A stretch of DNA of 64,000 nt from Rebecca billardiae RCC1528 (Eukaryota > Protista > Haptophyta). Below the pieces are notes generated by a model, which saw only the letters and a list, made by a program, of their open reading frames with translations, was not told where the DNA came from and ran no database searches. Location of the stretch: contig OZ251226.1 in the NCBI GenBank assembly GCA_965240325.2, positions 3,038,001 through 3,102,000 of the forward strand, in the 5' to 3' direction. Of this stretch, positions 60,401 through 64,000 are shown piece by piece. The position numbers were made by a program, and so were the translations under genes. How positions within the stretch are numbered: position 1 is the stretch's first letter; each line of letters starts with the position of its first letter.

Positions 60401-63400
60401 TGCGGTGCGAGGAGGCGGTGAAGCACAAGCTGATCTCGCAGATGGCCTCGACCCACCGCCAGGTCGCCGACTCGACCACCGAGTACTTCGAGCAGTTCCG
60501 GCGGAACGCGTACGTGACGCCAAAGTCGTTCCTCTCCTTCATGGACGCGTACGCGGACGTGTACCTCAAGAAGGTGCAGCACATCGAGATGCTCGCCTCG
60601 TCGATCAACACGGGGCTGTCGAAGCTCGTCGAGGCGGGCGAGGACGTCGCGAAGATGAAGATCGAGCTGAAGGAGAAGGAGAAGGGCCTCGTGATCGCGC
60701 AGGAGAAGTCGGCGGTGCTGCTGCAGGAGATCACCGCCTCGACCGCGCGCGCAGAGAAGAAGAAGGCCGAGGTGCAGGGCGTGAAGGACCAGCTCGCGGG
60801 CGACGCGGACATCATCGCCGGGCAGAAGGAGGCGGTCGAGCGCGACCTCGAGGCGGCGCAGCCCGCGCTCGACGCCGCGCAGAACGCGCTCTCCGCGATC
60901 AACGCCAAGGACATCGGGCTGCTCAAGCAGCTCAAGAACCCGCCCGAGATCATCAAGCGCATCTTCGACTGCGTCGTGATCCTCTTCAAGGCGGACGTGA
61001 AGCCGTCGGCGCTGGTCAAGCCCAAGGAGATGCTGCAGCTCGAGGACTCGTGGTCCTCGTCGCTCGAGATGATGGGCCGGCCCACCTTCCTCAACAACAT
61101 CTTCAACTTCGAGAAGGACGCGATCAACGACGAGACGATCGAGCTGCTGCACCCGTACACGTCCGCGCCAGACTTCACGTACGAGGACGCGAAGAAGGCG
61201 TCGGGCAACGTGGCGGGGCTGTGCACGTGGGTGCGCGCGATGGACATGTACACGACGATCGCCAAGGTGGTGAAGCCCAAGATCGAGGAGCTGCGCATCG
61301 CCGAGGGCAAGCTCAAGGTGGCGAACGCCAAGCTGGCCAAGGCGCAGGGCGAGCTGGACGCGGTGCAAGAGGAGCTCAACAAGATGCAGCAGGACTTCGA
61401 CGAGGCGATGGCGACCAAGCAGCGGATCCAGGACGACGCGGACGCGACGCAGCGGAAGATGGACTCGGCGAACAAGCTGATCAACGGCCTCGAGGGCGAG
61501 CGCAAGCGCTGGACCTCGATGTCCGAGGAGTTTGCCGACGACATCCGCCGGCTGACGGGCGACGTTGCCATCTCGTGCGGCTTCATCTCGTACGTCGGAC
61601 CGTTCAACTCGCAGTTCCGCCAGACGCTGCTCGAGCGGTTCTACAGCGGCTGCCTGGCGAAGGACATCCCGGTGACGAAGGACCTCAAGGTCTCCGCCTT
61701 CCTCGTCGACCAGGGCACCATCGGCGACTGGGCGCTCGAGGGGCTGCCCTCGGACGAGCTGTCGGTGCAGAACGGCATCATGGTGACGCGCTCGTCCAAG
61801 TGGCCGCTGCTCATCGACCCGCAGGGGCAGGGCCTCAAGTGGCTCAAGCAGCGCGAGGAGGTGAACGGGCTCAAGGTGACGTCGCTGCTGGACAAGAAGT
61901 TCCGCAACATCCTCGAGGACTCGATGTCCTTCGGCACGCCGATGATCATCGAGAACGTCGAGGAGGAGATCGACCCGATCCTCGACCCCGTGCTCGACAA
62001 GGCGGTGCAGCGCAAGGGCCGCGCGCTCGTCATCTCGCTCGCGGACAAGGAGTGCGAGTACACCGAGTCGTTCAAGCTGTCGCTCACGTCGAAGCTGGCC
62101 AACCCGCACTTCTCGCCCGAGCTCTTCGCGCAGGTCACGGTGATCAACTTCACTGTGACGATGGGCGGCCTCGAGCAGCAGCTGCTCGCGCGCGTGCTGC
62201 AGAAGGAGCGCGCCGAGCTCGAGGAGCAGCGGCAGAAGCTGGTCGAGGACGTCAACTACAACAAGAAGATCCTCAAGCAGCTCGAGGACGACCTGCTCTT
62301 CCGGCTGGCGAACTCGACGGGCAACCTGCTCGACGACACCGAGCTGATCGAGGTGCTGAACAACACCAAGACCACCTCGGCCGAGGTGTCGGAGAAGCTC
62401 GCCAACGCGGAGGACACGGACAAGCGCATCAACGTGGCGCGAGAGGAGTACCGGCCGGTCGCGACGCGCGGCGCGCTGCTCTACTTCCTGATCGTGGACA
62501 TGTCGGCGGTGAACCCGATGTACCAGACGTCGCTCGCGCAGTTCCTCGGCCTCTTCGACTTCTCGATCGAGAACTCGGAGAAGAAGCCGAACATGCTCGC
62601 CTCGAAGCGCATCAACATCATCATCGAGTTCCTCACCTTCCACGCGACGTGCTACGTGCAGCGCGGCCTCTTCGAGCGGCACAAGGTGGTGTGGGTGCTG
62701 ATGCTCACGATGAAGATCGAGTCGGTGGCGGAGACGCTCTCGCAGGCGTACATCCAGTGCCTGCTCAAGGGCGGCGGCGCGCTCGACATCAAGTCGGAGC
62801 GGCAGAAGCCGGCCGCGTGGATCCCAGACAACGTGTGGCTCAACATCATCGCGACCTCGCAGACGGTGCTCATGCTGCGCGACCTGCCCGACAGCGTCGC
62901 GCGCAACGAGCAGATGTGGCGGCACTGGTACGACGAGGACGCGCCCGAGCAGGCGAAGATCCCCGAGTACGACGACCGGCTCACCCTCTTCGAGAAGCTG
63001 CTCGTCGTGCGCTCGATCCGCGAGGACCGCGCGCTGCTCTCCGTGCAGACGTACATCTCGGAGACGATCGGCCAGCGCTACATCGACTCGCGCCCGCTCA
63101 ACCTGCGCGAGACGGAGGAGGAGGCGAACTTCCGCACGCCGCTCGTCGCGCTGCTCTCGCGCGGCGCCGACGTCACCGGCATCATCATGGACCTCGCCAA
63201 GAAGAAGAAGGTGCAGGTCGCGTCGATCTCGCTCGGGCAGGGGCAGGAGCCGGCCGCGCGCAAGCTGATGACGGCGGGCATGCAGAACGGCACGTGGGTC
63301 ATGCTGCAGAACTGCCACCTGGGGCTCAAGTACATGGTGGAGGTGGAGCAGCAGCTGATCAAGCTGGACGAGGACCAGGTGAACTCGCTCTTCCGCCTGT

Positions 63401-64000
63401 GGATCACCGTCGAGCCGCACCCCAAGTTCCCGATCGGGCTGCTGCAGATCTCGATCAAGATCACCAACGAGCCGCCGGTCGGCATCCGCGCCGGCCTCAA
63501 GGGCTCGTACGCGTGGCTCAACCAGGACGTGCTCGACACGGTGTCGCAGCCGCAGTGGAAGACGATGCTGTACGCGCTCTGCTTCATGCACACCGTCGTG
63601 CAGGAGCGGCGCAAGTTCGGCCCGCTCGGCTTCAACGTGCCGTACGAGTTCAACCAGTCCGACCTCTCCGCGTCCGTGCAGTTCATGCAGAACCATCTCA
63701 ACGAGGTCGAGGGGAAGAAGCGGCCGGTCGACTGGATCGTGGTGAACTACATGGTGTGCGAGGTGCAGTACGGCGGCAAGATCACCGACGACTGGGACCG
63801 CCGCCTCTTCAACACGTACGGCCAGGCGTGGCTCACCTCGCGCATCCTGGGCGCCGACTTTGAGTTCTACCCGGGCTACCGCATCCCGACCGGCTCCGAC
63901 ATCGAGATCTTCCGCAAGTACATCGAGGAGCTGCCGTACAACGACAACCCGGAGATCTTCGGGCTGCACGTCAACGCCGACCTCGCGTACCGCACGCTGC
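51403..64000 (+). CDS. Axonemal outer-arm dynein heavy chain (gamma/ODA2, DNAH5/8-like), partial at the window end
   Basis: Continuous frame from ATG 51403 (MGDARQRWIVK). Tail GPSTELEYWRNRMGKFNS, linker FPRFYFVSD, P1 GPAGTGKTETTKD, NCSDQMDY, GCFDEFNRI, P2 GPSGVGKS, P3 GGPGTAKT, P4 GVGGSGKQS, stalk, WPLLIDPQGQ. No stop before 64000. Confidence 0.95.
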   Translation, partial: MGDARQRWIVKAVAQAFDIATSKVEECIKDHSTQALLNGFFSGEPTGSTRIIFYQQKRDRVTDDGELYENGSPAELFVTSGDTDRIKGRGVYFIRVCEKAVGVGTVDTDINMGMIEGHPVSNLQVLVDEVFTPVLKGGYAGWDKKMTAEAKTDLYDVVDRFSTMLGEVSASLENSLELKKPSSGIAIENKPAAIASAAADPKYVAAYEEIVEDWCNQVDRLLAETDDNRNEPDDAGPSTELEYWRNRMGKFNSITEQLKQPACKAPLAVLQVAKARVMKRWRTLDNTITDATNEAKDNVKYLSTLEKYIEPLYTGDPHTIIDALPGLLNNTRMMLTIARYYSTRDRMTLLFRKVTNQMIANCREHVLAGGALWEQDVKELIGRLQACITLNEAYQVQYHTTRERLEQTPSGKQFDFDVNRIFGKFDLFQRRIEKLVDMFSTFEQFSVLARHNIEGMDAFIGNFLVIMDDFKRKPYDLLDYQMNQFDRDYLEFSANIHELESSLQGFINQSFESISSTENALQLLKQFQVIMQRDSLKDDLDSKLSVIFHNYTVDLETVQRLYEKQKSATPAVRNMPPVSANVAWARQLMRRIEVPMQKFQANPQLMQAREAKKITKTYNKIARTIIEFETLWKLAWAKGIDSARAGLHATLLVRHPANNKLYANFDPEILQLLRETKCLMRMGEDVPEAARMVLLQEDKLKSYYNKLSYALAEYDTVWSRLHPLTYPLLRPHLADMDAVLQPGLVTLTWTSMNIDGYVHSIHAALFKLNELVSKIQDLVENRIDRNIEEVASQTLVNLKSDESYTLDRFVAVQEKHMKDLTITMQSKSQEVESAVTDLVELIQTYPREHVHEDVPEEEVRKIRAHFANQLYAAVLRATSLSLNKIKERVGSRTSGGFLFLERPFFDVQVELSIPNVVMNPSLTAIQGAINSCSRSILASSKGIPIWQGEPMGGRPMYELISKDRDVIKTVLLLTGSIEGAKRQVYEYLQTFIKYDWLWKGNMQQAYNEFMSKNPGLEDFEAELKRYVDVEHEITKIPPVHNIGALSLETGPLKVALMNEASNWKAQYAKNLHLKAKNELDQINQWLHDMNRNLKRDVNDLDDVRAAVSYLEGVRNYEANLDSEFGPVEDMYALLGRYEVPVPKEETDIVTDLRYSWKKLKKLASELQESLSEKQANFKKNLVRNIKLFVVDVIQFRNDFEANGPMVPGVAPMEADERLRKFQRLFEERERKWLAYSEGQKLFGLPVTEYPELEKTKQELQLLEKLYGLYTEVINTVSEFKEVLWSDVKDELDTMTSKISEFQNGCKKMPKALREWDAYIEMKKTIDDFLESLPMVQDLTHPGMRDRHWAALEQVCGQELPVHSETFKLSGLLDANLLEYREDVEEIANSAVKELQIEEKLQGIASDWSDKTLQFSQFKNRGMIILNGGATVELMEQLEEAQMVLGSLMASRYVGPFKEDVQEWITKLSTVSEIIEQWVQVQAMWMYLEAVFTSGDIAKQLPQESKRFQGIDKNWVKILSKANEQPVVVQYCYGNDVLQQLLPHLLEQLEMCQKALSGYLDQKRAAFPRFYFVSDPNLLEILSQGSNPEAIQPHLQSVFDSIEYVEFNKKERTHIQTIFSDVGESIALRNRVKAEGNIEDWLNALLREMQNSLKNIVREAASDCDVMDTAELTHKYQSQVSLIAIQFKWTGDCEDALYRAKSEKGIMSQTNKKNQARLNDLVAMNMLKDEELRKHGKWTRRKIETMITVDVHQRDVWEEIVKRKVRDTEDFEWQKQARFYWRFDMDYAMISVADVDFKYCNEYLGVKERLVITPLTDRCYITLAQALGMFLGGAPAGPAGTGKTETTKDMGCTLGKYVVVTNCSDQMDYRIMGNILKGLAQSGCWGCFDEFNRIDLEVLSVVAQQVMSVLVAIREDRKTFQFTDGQVIALDKEVGFFITMNPGYAGRQELPENLKSLFRGVTMMVPDREIIMKVKLTACGYKEATLLGKKFNVLYRLCEEQLSKQAHYDFGLRNILAVLRTAGASKRNEIEKPEQELLMRTLRDMNLSKFVAEDVPLFMSLLDDLFPGLKAEKQKHKEVEAAIEAAITELGLQHHIDWILKVVQVYEMCLVRHSLMHVGPSGVGKSRIVETLHKALMGAKADQALPPMVGQPHRELRMNPKAITAPQMFGALDVIANEWTEGIFAQLWRKANKDRKNFTWLMLDGPVDAIWIENLNTVMDDNRILTLANNDRIPMLRPNVTLGFEVEDLRNASPATVSRAGVIFISDADLGYLPYVKTWLAGQQSRPFAEALGALFEQKMDAFLEFTGRECRSKMACSVIALITSMCTLIDGLLRDITPTDLGSSLDATAVERVFMYAAMWTVGGILESDDRVKVDAYLRQSFSGLPEVEGTDTVYEFTIDAASLEWVHWGEKIPEWSYDGTSLANDFPKLVIPTIDSARMLYNLERSAAMSRAVLLVGGPGTAKTSSILQVLAKQDPSTTMFKKISFSGATTPLIFQRTVEGSIEKRQGKTFGPPGGKNMLVFVDDISMPQINTWGDQPTLEIVRQMIEQGGLYNLQKPGEIMQIVDLLVLGCMLHPGGGKQDIPNRAKRHFHVMNVTLPSMTSIQMIFGRLVSLAYSEDSGLDADVLAAAGRLVEMTVTVWERTKAKMLPTPAKFHYIFNLRDLSRVFQGIFMAAPKETVKDETTLVSLWKHEALRVFSDRLVDAADKKWFDETVHKVLEETFGGAKAAKLKGDTFFVDFLRPPGEDPETGEETPAPKVYEQAATIDEVKGVINGYMKRFNEAHKLLSMDLVLFEDAMFHFMRISRLLATPRGNALLVGVGGSGKQSLTRLAAFIARADFAQITITKTYSANTLLEDFKPLYRTAGVLNRGVAFIFTDKEIKEESFLEYLNIFLNTGEVPNLFARDEYDAIIGEVGVPYSQIFKGSEPTKEDLWAFFIDRVRANLHLVLCFSPVGVKFRDRAMAFPGLINNCTIDWFLPWPEAALGEVAARMVLSNKELRCEEAVKHKLISQMASTHRQVADSTTEYFEQFRRNAYVTPKSFLSFMDAYADVYLKKVQHIEMLASSINTGLSKLVEAGEDVAKMKIELKEKEKGLVIAQEKSAVLLQEITASTARAEKKKAEVQGVKDQLAGDADIIAGQKEAVERDLEAAQPALDAAQNALSAINAKDIGLLKQLKNPPEIIKRIFDCVVILFKADVKPSALVKPKEMLQLEDSWSSSLEMMGRPTFLNNIFNFEKDAINDETIELLHPYTSAPDFTYEDAKKASGNVAGLCTWVRAMDMYTTIAKVVKPKIEELRIAEGKLKVANAKLAKAQGELDAVQEELNKMQQDFDEAMATKQRIQDDADATQRKMDSANKLINGLEGERKRWTSMSEEFADDIRRLTGDVAISCGFISYVGPFNSQFRQTLLERFYSGCLAKDIPVTKDLKVSAFLVDQGTIGDWALEGLPSDELSVQNGIMVTRSSKWPLLIDPQGQGLKWLKQREEVNGLKVTSLLDKKFRNILEDSMSFGTPMIIENVEEEIDPILDPVLDKAVQRKGRALVISLADKECEYTESFKLSLTSKLANPHFSPELFAQVTVINFTVTMGGLEQQLLARVLQKERAELEEQRQKLVEDVNYNKKILKQLEDDLLFRLANSTGNLLDDTELIEVLNNTKTTSAEVSEKLANAEDTDKRINVAREEYRPVATRGALLYFLIVDMSAVNPMYQTSLAQFLGLFDFSIENSEKKPNMLASKRINIIIEFLTFHATCYVQRGLFERHKVVWVLMLTMKIESVAETLSQAYIQCLLKGGGALDIKSERQKPAAWIPDNVWLNIIATSQTVLMLRDLPDSVARNEQMWRHWYDEDAPEQAKIPEYDDRLTLFEKLLVVRSIREDRALLSVQTYISETIGQRYIDSRPLNLRETEEEANFRTPLVALLSRGADVTGIIMDLAKKKKVQVASISLGQGQEPAARKLMTAGMQNGTWVMLQNCHLGLKYMVEVEQQLIKLDEDQVNSLFRLWITVEPHPKFPIGLLQISIKITNEPPVGIRAGLKGSYAWLNQDVLDTVSQPQWKTMLYALCFMHTVVQERRKFGPLGFNVPYEFNQSDLSASVQFMQNHLNEVEGKKRPVDWIVVNYMVCEVQYGGKITDDWDRRLFNTYGQAWLTSRILGADFEFYPGYRIPTGSDIEIFRKYIEELPYNDNPEIFGLHVNADLAYRTL

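Noticed and set aside
51139-63969. 4276-aa minus-strand ORF
   Set aside because: Antisense shadow of the dynein heavy chain caused by GC3 bias; it has no recognisable domains.

Overview
Gene-dense eukaryotic nuclear DNA with very high GC, near-saturated GC3, short CG-rich spliceosomal introns and isolated (TA)n islands. It comes from a flagellated alga or protist. A haptophyte such as a Pavlovales member is my inference from sequence style and gene content and is not verified. Supported genes in order: hypothetical ORF (-) head-to-head with a GT49/LARGE-like glycosyltransferase (+); NCBP3 (-) head-to-head with IST1 (+); PP2C phosphatase (-); CFAP54 (-) head-to-head with gamma-tubulin complex GCP2 (+); NRT2 nitrate transporter (-); ankyrin protein (-); a small possible microtubule-inner protein (-); double-AP2 transcription factor (-) divergent from a membrane-anchored multicopper oxidase with a Pro-rich stalk (+); choline transporter-like protein (-) head-to-head with an intronless bacterial-type C5 DNA methyltransferase (+); and an intronless outer-arm dynein heavy chain (+) that runs off the window end. 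The ORF track misses the dynein and shows only its antisense shadow. Intergenic DNA holds at least four distinct non-autonomous terminal-inverted-repeat (TIR) elements and probable non-LTR retroelement remnants; one is a young foldback element with ~430-bp arms and a 5-bp target-site duplication (TSD). No wholly new system is proven. The best candidates for follow-up are the AP2/multicopper oxidase locus (RRRL-flanked Cys module, palindromic intergenic switch), the long-TIR 5-bp-TSD element and the orphan DNA methyltransferase.
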